Source: Candidatus Pacebacteria bacterium CG_4_10_14_3_um_filter_34_15 (GTDB lineage: Bacteria > Patescibacteriota > Microgenomatia > UBA1400 > PJMF01). Taken from it: a stretch of 49,768 nucleotides of DNA. Below, piece after piece: positions 1 through 7,744 of the stretch. Under the pieces are notes generated by a model that saw only the letters and a list, made by a program, of their open reading frames with translations, was not told the DNA's origin and searched no databases. The translations under genes were made by a program, and so were the position numbers. The stretch is taken from positions 1-49,768 of the forward strand of contig PFJN01000068.1 in NCBI GenBank assembly GCA_002783105.1, in the 5' to 3' direction. The number at the start of each line of letters is the position of its first letter. Position 1 is the stretch's first letter.

Positions 1-40
1 TAGCTCATGCTTTCCTTTCTAAGCGGTATTCTACCGCATG

Positions 41-72
41 AAAGTGTTGCACTTCGTTTGCGAACCCAGGTT
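41..72. repeat. 32-nt dispersed motif, copy 1 (reverse complement of 49717-49748)
   Basis: aaagtgttgcacttcgtttgcgaacccaggtt is 28/32 identical to the reverse complement of 49717-49748, including the exact 15-mer GAAGTGCAACACTTT. It contains the mini-hairpin AAGTG-TTG-CACTT. Confidence 0.7.
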
Positions 73-119
73 CTGCTGGAATAGTTGGCTTTAGCTGACT
101 TTTGGAGAAACGATCTTTC

Positions 120-160
120 AAAAAAATCATCGTTTTGGCCTTTTTGGGGCCGCGATGATC
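120..160 (-). terminator. intrinsic-terminator-like hairpin readable on the minus strand
   Basis: The minus strand reads AUCAUCG-CGGCC-CCAAAAA-GGCC-AAAA-CGAUGAU followed by U7 (A-run 120-126 on the plus strand). There is no credible minus-strand gene feeding into it within the window. Confidence 0.4.
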
Positions 161-200
161 AGACAAACGCAACTCAAAAATTTTGTTCAAGGAGGACAAA

Positions 201-941
201 ATGGAACCTGAGAAGAAAGCCCCCTGGTGGATGTTAGGTGTAATGATAGCCATAGGAATTTCAGTGATTGGGCAGGTAATCCTGCCGGACTCCCCCATTT
301 TGTTGGTGGAGTTTGTCGTTATCATCATCGGCTTGGCCGTAGCCGCCATCCTGCAATACGGGAGAGGGGCAGTTTACGTAGAGGCTGGGATCGTAATAGT
401 GATCGCGGCATTGGCCGCGTGTAACGCGATCGCTACCTTTGGAGCTACCTTTGGAGCCACTTGGCCTCTACCAGAGGCGCCAAGCCCTAGACAAGTCTGG
501 CAATTCGAGACTGTCGGCTGGCCAGCTGGCGTGTACCTGTTCTTCATCACAGTTGGTTACATAACCAGCTGGATGAGTGGAGCCAAGGGGATAGTTGCTG
601 CCGTAATTACGGCAGTGGTGTCCATACTAGGAGCTCTGGTACTCGGTCAACCAGAAGCTTGGGTGGTAAGTTTGACGGTTGGTTTGATTGGATCTATTTT
701 AGCCATGGCGGCTAAGCTAGTTTCAAAGCCAGCCGGCGCTGCTCCACTTATCACGACAGTGATGGCCCTAGTTTTTGGGCTCATCTACTTATTCGTGACT
801 CCACTGCAAGCTTGGGTGGTGCTTGGTCTTGGAGTTGGAGATCCAATTGCAGGAATCACTGCCATAGCCGGCTATTCAGCCGGCGCTGGTATTGTTTCTG
901 CCATCTCAAAAGTATTTTCAGAGATGGTCGAAGTGGGTTGA
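201..941 (+). CDS. hypothetical polytopic membrane protein (Gly/Ala/Val-rich, about 7-8 hydrophobic spans), GC-rich gene
   Basis: ATG 201 is preceded by AAGGAGG (189-195). The long ORF has alternating hydrophobic segments and a tandem ATFGATFGAT peptide; no family recognised. The track ORF begins at TTG 183, but the SD-ATG pair at 201 is the better start. Confidence 0.6.
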   Translation: MEPEKKAPWWMLGVMIAIGISVIGQVILPDSPILLVEFVVIIIGLAVAAILQYGRGAVYVEAGIVIVIAALAACNAIATFGATFGATWPLPEAPSPRQVWQFETVGWPAGVYLFFITVGYITSWMSGAKGIVAAVITAVVSILGALVLGQPEAWVVSLTVGLIGSILAMAAKLVSKPAGAAPLITTVMALVFGLIYLFVTPLQAWVVLGLGVGDPIAGITAIAGYSAGAGIVSAISKVFSEMVEVG

Positions 942-957
942 AATGCGTTTGTCAAAA

Positions 958-997
958 GGGGTCCCTGCAGTGCACGAAAGTGCATAACAGGGACCCT
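958..997 (+). other. GC-rich compound stem-loop with GAAA tetraloop (possible terminator or RNA stabiliser)
   Basis: GGGGUCCCUG (958-967) pairs with CAGGGACCCU (988-997). The inner stem is GUGCAC-GAAA-GUGCAU (970-985). It lies 17 nt after the stop of the 201-941 CDS. A T5 run occurs only 8 nt downstream, so this is not a canonical terminator. Confidence 0.5.
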
Positions 998-1073
998 CTC
1001 GACATTTTTACAAACTTGAAAACTGGCTCCTTTTTCTCAACTAGATATGCTAATATTATCTAAAGGAGCATTT

Positions 1074-1460
1074 ATGCAAACATACATTGGAAACCTCGAA
1101 AAAGACACTGAGGAAAATCAAAATTTTAGAAAAGTTCTATATACAGGAAAGCATTGTCAATTAGTGTTGATGACACTTAAGGTAGGTGAAGACATTGGTA
1201 TGGAAGTGCACCCTAGTGTAGATCAATTCTTTCGTTTTGAATCAGGACAAGGTATGGTCATTATTGATGGAGAAGAAGCAGAAGTCAGTGGTGGCTTCGC
1301 AGTTGTGGTTCCGGCTGGATCGCAACACAACATTATTAATACTTCACCAACTGAAAATTTAAAACTCTACACAATTTATTCACCAGCCAATCATCCTGAA
1401 GGCACAATCCATGCGACAAAAGCTGAAGCTATGGAAGCTGAAGAGCACGAGCATCATTAG
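1074..1460 (+). CDS. cupin-domain protein
   Basis: AAAGGAG SD lies 4-5 nt before ATG 1074. Cupin-like motifs GEDIGMEVHP ... VVVPAGSQHNIINT are present, and the C-terminus is His-rich (EEHEHH). Confidence 0.7.
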   Translation: MQTYIGNLEKDTEENQNFRKVLYTGKHCQLVLMTLKVGEDIGMEVHPSVDQFFRFESGQGMVIIDGEEAEVSGGFAVVVPAGSQHNIINTSPTENLKLYTIYSPANHPEGTIHATKAEAMEAEEHEHH

Positions 1461-1497
1461 AAATAGTCACCTAAATTTAAGTTTTTATTAATTCTTC

Positions 1498-1527
1498 TTG
1501 AAGTTTGTCGTAATTTTCAGATAGAAT
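1498..1527 (+). promoter_or_regulatory. candidate sigma70-type promoter of the P-type ATPase gene
   Basis: TTGAAG (1498-1503), an 18-nt spacer, then TAGAAT (1522-1527). The ATG at 1533 follows only 5 nt after the -10 box and has no SD. Confidence 0.4.
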
Positions 1528-1532
1528 AAGTT

Positions 1533-4061
1533 ATGGCAAAAAATAATCTGTTATATGAAGAATATTTAGAGAATGATGAAGTAACTATCCTAAATCAACT
1601 AGATTCAAGTGCCAACGGACTTACAAATCTCGAAGCTCAAAAAAAACTCTTAATCAACGGTCGTAATGTTCTTAAAGCTCACAAAATAAGTTGGGTTATT
1701 ATTTTATTTCGTCAATTCAAATCACCATTTATATATCTACTTATCGGCGCAGCATTATTGGCATTCTTTCTGAAAGAATTAATTGACGGCTTCATGATTT
1801 TGGGGTTTATTTTAATCAACTCAATCTTAGGTTTCTTCCAAGAGTTTCGTTCAGAGCAAGCATTGAAAATGCTTAAAAAAATTACTACTTCAAACGCAAG
1901 AGTCCTAAGAGACAACGCAGAAATTTTAATTCCCGTAGACCAACTCGTTCCTGGAGATATCATTAAACTCCAACCAGGTGACATTGTTCCAGCCGATGTC
2001 CATCTAATTGAATCCAATAATTTGCAAGTCAATGAATCAATCTTAACAGGTGAGTCAGAGCCGAGTCTTAAGTCAGCAAAACCACTTTCTTCAGACAAAG
2101 TTCCAATTCATAAAGCTAGTAATATTCTTTTTTCATCAACTGTTGTCACTAGTGGTCAAGGATCAGGAATAGTATTTGCTACCGGAGCTCAAACTTATAT
2201 TGGCTCCATTGCAAAACTGACAGTTGAAACTCATCCTGAAAGCAACTTCGAAAAAGGCATGGGGAAATTTAGCACCTTTGTCTTAAAACTAGTTGGTTTT
2301 ACACTTTCTTTGGTAATTATTATTAATCTGTTGCTAAAAGGTGGTACTACTAATATAGGAGATTTGATTATCTTTTCCATTGCTCTTGCAACAGCGGTCA
2401 TACCTGAAGCTCTGCCATTAGTGATTACCTTTTCCTTATCACGCGGAGCCATAAAGCTTGCCAAACATAAAGTTGTGGTTAAACGTCTCTCGGCCATTGA
2501 AGACCTTGGAAGCATTCAAGTTTTATGTGCCGATAAAACTGGCACTATTACTGAAAATAAACTTGAAGTATCGGAAATTTTTGGAGAAAAAGATAATGTT
2601 ATTACTCACGCCAACATGGCAATTAGTCAAAAATCTATTCACAAAGATCCGTTTGATATTGCCTTCGAATCGGCACTAGAAAAGCAAAGTCTAACGATAA
2701 AATCGTGGACTATTGGTCATGAAATTCCATTCGATCCTGATAGAAAAAGAAATAGCGTTCTCGCACTATATGACAATAAAAATTTGCTTATTGTGCGTGG
2801 CGCTGCCGAATCAATCCTTCATCATTTAAAAAATAATCCTGATGACAAACTTACTAGTTGGATTTTAAATCAAGAAAAGCAAGGCAAAAGAGTAATTGTT
2901 ATTGCTCACAGATTTCTCAAAGATTCAGATGAGTATACAAAGAATAAAGAAGAAAAAGATCTAGTTTTAACTGGAGCAATTTCGCTTATTGATCCACTCA
3001 AAAAAAGTGCGCCAGAGGCTATTAAGAAAGCTCAAAAGCTAGGAATTGCCTTTAAAATTATCACTGGCGATAGTCCAGTGGTTGCTGGCTCAATTGGCTT
3101 TCAAGTCGGATTGGTAAAAGATCGCACTGATGTAATTACTGCTGAAAAATTTTTTACACTAGACATAATAGATCAGAAAAAAGCAGCTGCAAACTATAAT
3201 ATTTTTGCTCGTTTTTCTCCACATGAAAAATATGAACTTATTAATATTTTAAAAGAAGAATTTGAAGTTGGCTATTTAGGTGAAGGTATTAATGATGCTC
3301 CTGCTTTAAAAAGTGCTAATGTGGCTCTAGTTGTTCATGGAGCAAGTGATATTGCCCGTGAATCAGCAGACATTATCCTATTAAACAAAAGTTTGCGAGT
3401 TATTGTCGATGGAATTCAAGAGGGTAGAGAAGTTTTTGCAAATACTACTAAATATGTAAAAATTACATTAGCATCAAATTTTGGAAACTTCTATGCAGTG
3501 GCTATTATTTCGCTGCTAATAGATTATTTACCAATGTTGCCAATTCAAATTCTGCTGATAAATTTACTTTCAGATTTTCCATTAATTGCAGTTGCTACTG
3601 ATTCTGTTGATATTGAAGATATCAAGAATCCAGAAACATATAATCTAAGAGAGTTTATTGTGATTGCAACATTAATAGGTATGGTTAGCACACTTTTTGA
3701 TTTTATTTACTTTGCAACCTTTTCCAAAATTTCTCCTTCAGTTTTACACACTAACTGGTTTATAGGAAGTATTCTAACTGAGTTGCTTTTAGTGTACTCA
3801 CTTAGAACAAAATTTGTATTTTACAAATCTAAAGCTCCGTCATTAACAATTTTTATACTAACTATTGCTGCTATATTAGTTACTGTAATTATCCCATTCA
3901 CTACAATTGGCCAAAATATATTTAAATTTACACAACCTACAGCTAATCAACTTTTAACTGTATTCTCAATTGCGTTACTTTACTTTGTCTCAACTGAAAT
4001 TACTAAAAACCTATACTACAAGTTTAGAAAAAATGTCAAAGCGATACAAATATTAATTTAA
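1533..4061 (+). CDS. cation-transporting P-type ATPase, MgtA-like (Mg2+ type most likely)
   Basis: Motifs LTGESEPS, the phosphorylation motif CADKTGTITENK and GEGINDAPALK, plus about 10 TM segments. The C-terminal PMLPIQILLINLLSDFP...DSVDIEDI resembles the MgtA P3B signature. Confidence 0.9.
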   Translation: MAKNNLLYEEYLENDEVTILNQLDSSANGLTNLEAQKKLLINGRNVLKAHKISWVIILFRQFKSPFIYLLIGAALLAFFLKELIDGFMILGFILINSILGFFQEFRSEQALKMLKKITTSNARVLRDNAEILIPVDQLVPGDIIKLQPGDIVPADVHLIESNNLQVNESILTGESEPSLKSAKPLSSDKVPIHKASNILFSSTVVTSGQGSGIVFATGAQTYIGSIAKLTVETHPESNFEKGMGKFSTFVLKLVGFTLSLVIIINLLLKGGTTNIGDLIIFSIALATAVIPEALPLVITFSLSRGAIKLAKHKVVVKRLSAIEDLGSIQVLCADKTGTITENKLEVSEIFGEKDNVITHANMAISQKSIHKDPFDIAFESALEKQSLTIKSWTIGHEIPFDPDRKRNSVLALYDNKNLLIVRGAAESILHHLKNNPDDKLTSWILNQEKQGKRVIVIAHRFLKDSDEYTKNKEEKDLVLTGAISLIDPLKKSAPEAIKKAQKLGIAFKIITGDSPVVAGSIGFQVGLVKDRTDVITAEKFFTLDIIDQKKAAANYNIFARFSPHEKYELINILKEEFEVGYLGEGINDAPALKSANVALVVHGASDIARESADIILLNKSLRVIVDGIQEGREVFANTTKYVKITLASNFGNFYAVAIISLLIDYLPMLPIQILLINLLSDFPLIAVATDSVDIEDIKNPETYNLREFIVIATLIGMVSTLFDFIYFATFSKISPSVLHTNWFIGSILTELLLVYSLRTKFVFYKSKAPSLTIFILTIAAILVTVIIPFTTIGQNIFKFTQPTANQLLTVFSIALLYFVSTEITKNLYYKFRKNVKAIQILI

Positions 4062-4070
4062 ATAGAGTTA

Positions 4071-4079
4071 TGCTACAAT
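4071..4079 (+). promoter_or_regulatory. extended -10 promoter element (TGcTACAAT) for the SAM riboswitch-metK transcript
   Basis: TG at 4071-4072 and TACAAT at 4074-4079. The predicted start site about 7 nt downstream coincides with the riboswitch P1 5' strand at 4086. Confidence 0.5.
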
Positions 4080-4085
4080 ACTAGT

Positions 4086-4239
4086 ACATCAAGAGTGGCA
4101 ATTATAAATAATTGTCCGGCAACCGAGCCATTGAAGAATGGATACGGTGCCAATTCACTTAAGAGGAGTGATGTGGTCAATTCACTTTGACAAAAAAAAT
4201 ATTACTTACCCCCTCTTAAGTAAACGAAGGGGTTTTTTA
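4086..4239 (+). promoter_or_regulatory. SAM-I class riboswitch (aptamer 4086-4174 plus expression platform)
   Basis: P1 is ACAUCA (4086-4091) with UGAUGU (4169-4174). It has the AGAG junction and the core strings CCGGCAACC and GGUGCCAAUUC, and sits directly upstream of metK. In the platform, CCCCCUC (4209-4215) can pair with the SD-like GAAGGGG (4226-4232), which is followed by U6. CUUAAGAGG (4158-4166) is complementary to CCUCUUAAG (4212-4220). Confidence 0.8.
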
Positions 4240-5349
4240 ATGCAAAAAACAAGTATTTTCACTTCAGAATCAGTATGTGCTGGACATCCAGACAAAATTT
4301 GCGATCAAATTTCTGACGCCATTTTAGATTCAGTTCTTACTATTGATCCCAAAGGAAGAGTAGCTGTCGAAACATTAGTAAGTCACAAACAAGTCGTCAT
4401 CGCTGGTGAAGTCACTTACATAGGCAAAAAAATTGATTACAAAAAAATTGCTCGTGCCGAAATTAAAAGACTTGGTTTCACCAATAAGCTTTTTAACTTT
4501 ACCGACAAGTCCGATATTCTCGTAAACGTTCATGAACAATCGCCCGATATCGCTACTGGAGTGGACAATGAAGGTGCTGGCGACCAAGGTATGATGTTTG
4601 GTTATGCTTGCAATGAAACCGCCAACTTGATGCCACTTCCAATTGAACTTTCGCATCAACTAGCCATGAGACTTGATGAAGTTCGCGAAAAGAAAATCAT
4701 TCCTTACTTAAGACCTGATGGCAAAACTCAAGTTAGTATAAATTATGTCAATGACAAACCAGTTTCTGTTAATAACATTGTGATTGCCGTCCCTCATAAT
4801 GAAGATATTAAATTATCCAAAGTCAAATCTGATGTGATTGCAAAAGTTATCAAGCCAGTGCTCAAAAAATTCAACTTAACTGTTGATAAAAAAGACGTGG
4901 TTGTCAATGGCACTGGTGTTTGGCACATTGGTGGTCCTTCATCAGATACTGGAGTAACTGGTAGAAAAATCATTGTCGACACTTACGGTGGTTACGCCAG
5001 AGTCGGTGGTGGCGCCTTTTCTGGCAAGGATCCAAGTAAGGTAGACCGTTCTGGTGCTTACGCAGCTCGTTTCATCGCCAAAAATATTGTTGCTAAAGGT
5101 TTAGCTGATAAAGCAGAAGTTAGATTGGCTTACTGTATTGGTGTAAAAGAACCAACCATGCAAGAAGTAGAAACCTTCGGAACCGCCAAAGTTTCAGCCA
5201 AAGAAATTGATAAATTTGCAAAGAACTTAATCCACACTTCAGTTCGGGGCATCATTGAAAAATTAGATTTACTAAAGCCCCAATACAAAAAAACTGCTGC
5301 CTATGGACACTTTGGTAGAGATGAATTCAGTTGGGAAAAAGTAGAGTAA
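4240..5349 (+). CDS. metK: S-adenosylmethionine synthetase
   Basis: Motifs GHPDKICDQISDAILD, GAGDQGMMFGYA, DTYGG and GGGAFSGKDPSKVDRS. The true start is ATG 4240; the track ORF extension 4138-4239 is the riboswitch. Confidence 0.97.
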   Translation: MQKTSIFTSESVCAGHPDKICDQISDAILDSVLTIDPKGRVAVETLVSHKQVVIAGEVTYIGKKIDYKKIARAEIKRLGFTNKLFNFTDKSDILVNVHEQSPDIATGVDNEGAGDQGMMFGYACNETANLMPLPIELSHQLAMRLDEVREKKIIPYLRPDGKTQVSINYVNDKPVSVNNIVIAVPHNEDIKLSKVKSDVIAKVIKPVLKKFNLTVDKKDVVVNGTGVWHIGGPSSDTGVTGRKIIVDTYGGYARVGGGAFSGKDPSKVDRSGAYAARFIAKNIVAKGLADKAEVRLAYCIGVKEPTMQEVETFGTAKVSAKEIDKFAKNLIHTSVRGIIEKLDLLKPQYKKTAAYGHFGRDEFSWEKVE

Positions 5350-5401
5350 AACCCTTCCCACAAACATTCAAAAAAAGCTCTTATATCAAATAAAAAAAAC
5401 C

Positions 5402-5410
5402 TGATATAAT
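5402..5410 (+). promoter_or_regulatory. extended -10 promoter element (TGaTATAAT)
   Basis: TGATATAAT lies 43 nt upstream of ATG 5453. Confidence 0.45.
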
Positions 5411-5452
5411 ATAGAAGCTCGTAAAGAGCCCTATATGAACTCGAAATAATAA

Positions 5453-6442
5453 ATGATTCCCCTTGTTATAATTGCAATTAGCATCGCCGTACTTTTTTCT
5501 GGTTTCTTTTCAGCCAGTGAGATTGCATATTTTGCGCTCACTGATATTAAACTAAAAACTTTAGTAAGAAAAAAAGTCAAAAATTCTGGTTATGCTAAAA
5601 GATTAAAATCAAATCCTGAAAGACTTCTGACAACAATTTTAGTTTACAATGATTTGGTGAACATAGGTACAGCGTCTATTGCAACTTTTGCGATGACTGA
5701 AATTTTTGGTTCAACTGGAATTGGAATTGCAACTGGAATTATGACTTTGGTAACATTGGTTTTTGGCGATATCATTCCAAAATCAATTGCAACAAGATAC
5801 TCAGTTCAAATCGTGCTTCGAACAGCAAAGTTAATGTACTTTTTACAAATTTTATTTTTTCCAATTATCTTGATTTTCGAACAAGTCAGCAAGCTTCCTC
5901 GCTTGATAATGAAAAGCAAACAATTAAATTCTCAAATAACCGCTGAAGACGTTGTATCTATGGCTTCAACAAGTTTTGATCAAGGAGAAATATATGATTA
6001 CGAACGCGACATCATTACCAATGTTCTTGATTTAGATACAACTTCAATAAAAAGAATCATGACTCCATTAAGCCAAATGAGAATGGTTGAATCTAATATG
6101 GACTTAACCCAAATTATTAGTACTGTTAGAAAAGCTCATTTTTCAAGAATCCCAGTATACAAAGATAATATAAATAATGTTGTTGGTTTTATTTTTTTAA
6201 GAGACATTCTTTATATTCCTAAGGATCAGTGGAAGACTTTAACTGCAATGGATATCACTAGAGAACCTCTAAGAGTCAAAGAAACTGACAAACTCCATAA
6301 AGTTTATAGATTGCTATTAAAAAATCGAACTCATCTTGTTATTGTTAAAAACAGTGAGAAAAAATTAGTTGGAATGGTTACACTAGAAGACATTATCGAA
6401 GAAGTTTTAGGTGAAATTTATGACGAAACTGACCCGAGATAA
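5453..6442 (+). CDS. CNNM (DUF21) transmembrane domain plus CBS-pair protein (CorC/TlyC-like putative divalent-cation transporter)
   Basis: N-terminal 4-TM DUF21-like region followed by a CBS-pair region (IMTPLSQM..., FSRIPVY..., VGMVTLEDIIEE). The C-terminal CorC_HlyC domain is absent. Confidence 0.75.
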   Translation: MIPLVIIAISIAVLFSGFFSASEIAYFALTDIKLKTLVRKKVKNSGYAKRLKSNPERLLTTILVYNDLVNIGTASIATFAMTEIFGSTGIGIATGIMTLVTLVFGDIIPKSIATRYSVQIVLRTAKLMYFLQILFFPIILIFEQVSKLPRLIMKSKQLNSQITAEDVVSMASTSFDQGEIYDYERDIITNVLDLDTTSIKRIMTPLSQMRMVESNMDLTQIISTVRKAHFSRIPVYKDNINNVVGFIFLRDILYIPKDQWKTLTAMDITREPLRVKETDKLHKVYRLLLKNRTHLVIVKNSEKKLVGMVTLEDIIEEVLGEIYDETDPR

Positions 6443-6466
6443 TTGAATCACATCCGAAACAAAAAC

Positions 6467-7696
6467 TTAATTCAAAGCCTCGGAACTTAAATCAAACTTT
6501 TCCTCTTTGTACTTAATTGACAACAAAGTTGCTGTCTGTGCCACTACTCCAATAACAATTAATATTGCATATACTCCAAGTGATTTTGCAGAAAAATCAT
6601 GAACAAATAAAAGTAATATATAACTGCTAAGTCTTCCTATTCCTACTCCAAAAAGTTCTCTAATTGCAAAATATCCAGTTTTATTTTCTTCAAATTCTGG
6701 CAATGTATGCAAAAGATTTTCGGTATATACACGACGTGGAACATCGATCATATTTGCCGCGATATCTTGGACAGCACCAAATAAAATAAAAATTCCAAAA
6801 ACTGGAAAGAAATATAATAAAATAAATATTAAAATGAATAACAACCCTCCAACAAAAATGGATCTATCGTAATGTAGATAACTAATTAAATGACCCAATG
6901 ATAGAGATGTAACTATAGACATCAATGCAAATAATGATAACCATCCACCCAATTGAAACTCAGTTCCAGTTTTTTGGAGAATTAAAAACGGCAAAATTAT
7001 TCTAATCAGTGATCCATCTAAACTGAAACCGCCAAACATATTAACTAAAAATATTTTAAGTACTTTTGGTTTAGAAAAAACATTTTTAACAACTTTTTTC
7101 CAAGCAACTTTTTTCAGATTATTTTTTCCAGAAATATTAATATTACCAACAAATAAAGCTAACAAAAAAAAGACAGATCCCAAAAAAAACAGTGAAGGAT
7201 AACCGCTAAAAAAATAATTTGAAGAAATAATAAATCCGCCAACAACTGGAGCTATAAAACTAACAGTTGTATCTAAAGCCCTTTCCAAACCAGTGTAACT
7301 ATTACGATTTTTTATATGAGTAAAATTAAATCTATTAAACTGATACGAAAACCAATACATACCATTGAAAATGCCAATGACTAAAGCATACAAATATAAA
7401 TAGTTTTGAACATTTTTTTGAAAAATAAATAATGAAAGATACACTAATGCAAAACCAAACAATCCGATCTTTCGAACTCGATGTGTGTGACCATTTCTAA
7501 AAACATCACTCAATACAAAAAAAATAACCGTATGCATGATTAAAAATATAATGTTAAACCAAGCAACTACCGACAAATCATCTGTTAAGCGCCAGACGAA
7601 AATGTTCATAAAGATTTGAAATGAGCTTCTGCCTAGGAGAAAGATTCCATGTGAAAATAATAACTTTTTAGTTTTTGCCGTGAGTCTTGAAAACAT
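6467..7696 (-). CDS. MFS-type transporter (putative)
   Basis: 409 aa with about 12 hydrophobic spans in two halves separated by a basic loop (KKVAWKKVVKNVFSKPK). Confidence 0.55.
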   Translation of the reverse strand: MFSRLTAKTKKLLFSHGIFLLGRSSFQIFMNIFVWRLTDDLSVVAWFNIIFLIMHTVIFFVLSDVFRNGHTHRVRKIGLFGFALVYLSLFIFQKNVQNYLYLYALVIGIFNGMYWFSYQFNRFNFTHIKNRNSYTGLERALDTTVSFIAPVVGGFIISSNYFFSGYPSLFFLGSVFFLLALFVGNINISGKNNLKKVAWKKVVKNVFSKPKVLKIFLVNMFGGFSLDGSLIRIILPFLILQKTGTEFQLGGWLSLFALMSIVTSLSLGHLISYLHYDRSIFVGGLLFILIFILLYFFPVFGIFILFGAVQDIAANMIDVPRRVYTENLLHTLPEFEENKTGYFAIRELFGVGIGRLSSYILLLFVHDFSAKSLGVYAILIVIGVVAQTATLLSIKYKEEKFDLSSEALN

Positions 7697-7744
7697 AAAA
7701 GTAATTATACCTTTTTCGATGACAAACGACTATAATCTAATTTT

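Noticed and set aside
62-73. GAACCCAGGTTC, which resembles a Gram-positive LexA (Cheo) box GAAC-N4-GTTC
   Set aside because: The homologous position in the second motif copy reads GAATGCAGGTTG, so the palindrome is not conserved. It is a single occurrence, there is no lexA/recA in the window, and the upstream region of the DinD-like gene has no such box.
5-349. 114-aa minus-strand ORF at the left edge
   Set aside because: It overlaps the SD-led plus-strand membrane-protein gene and runs through the 120-160 hairpin. GC-rich sequence generates long shadow ORFs, and three other overlapping ORFs occur here. No motif recognised.
183-941. GC-rich block as a structural RNA (rRNA, RNase P or tmRNA fragment), as is usual for GC-rich patches in AT-rich genomes
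   Set aside because: None of the universal 16S/23S strings I know (for example GTGCCAGCAGCCGCGGTAA or GGATAACAGGCTGAT) is present. The region has a strong SD-ATG and a regular pattern of hydrophobic spans, so a protein gene is the better reading.
1712-2679. Internal and antisense ORFs within the P-type ATPase gene. The same class of short ORFs occurs inside pif1, GH15, GT, atpA, atpD, lysK, secA, proS, pyk and other genes.
   Set aside because: All lie within long, motif-supported genes in another frame or on the other strand, with no SD or motifs of their own.
4138-4239. N-terminal extension of the metK ORF (track start 4138)
   Set aside because: This stretch is the 3' half of the SAM riboswitch and its expression platform. 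MetK homology starts at ATG 4240, which has its own SD-like GAAGGGG.
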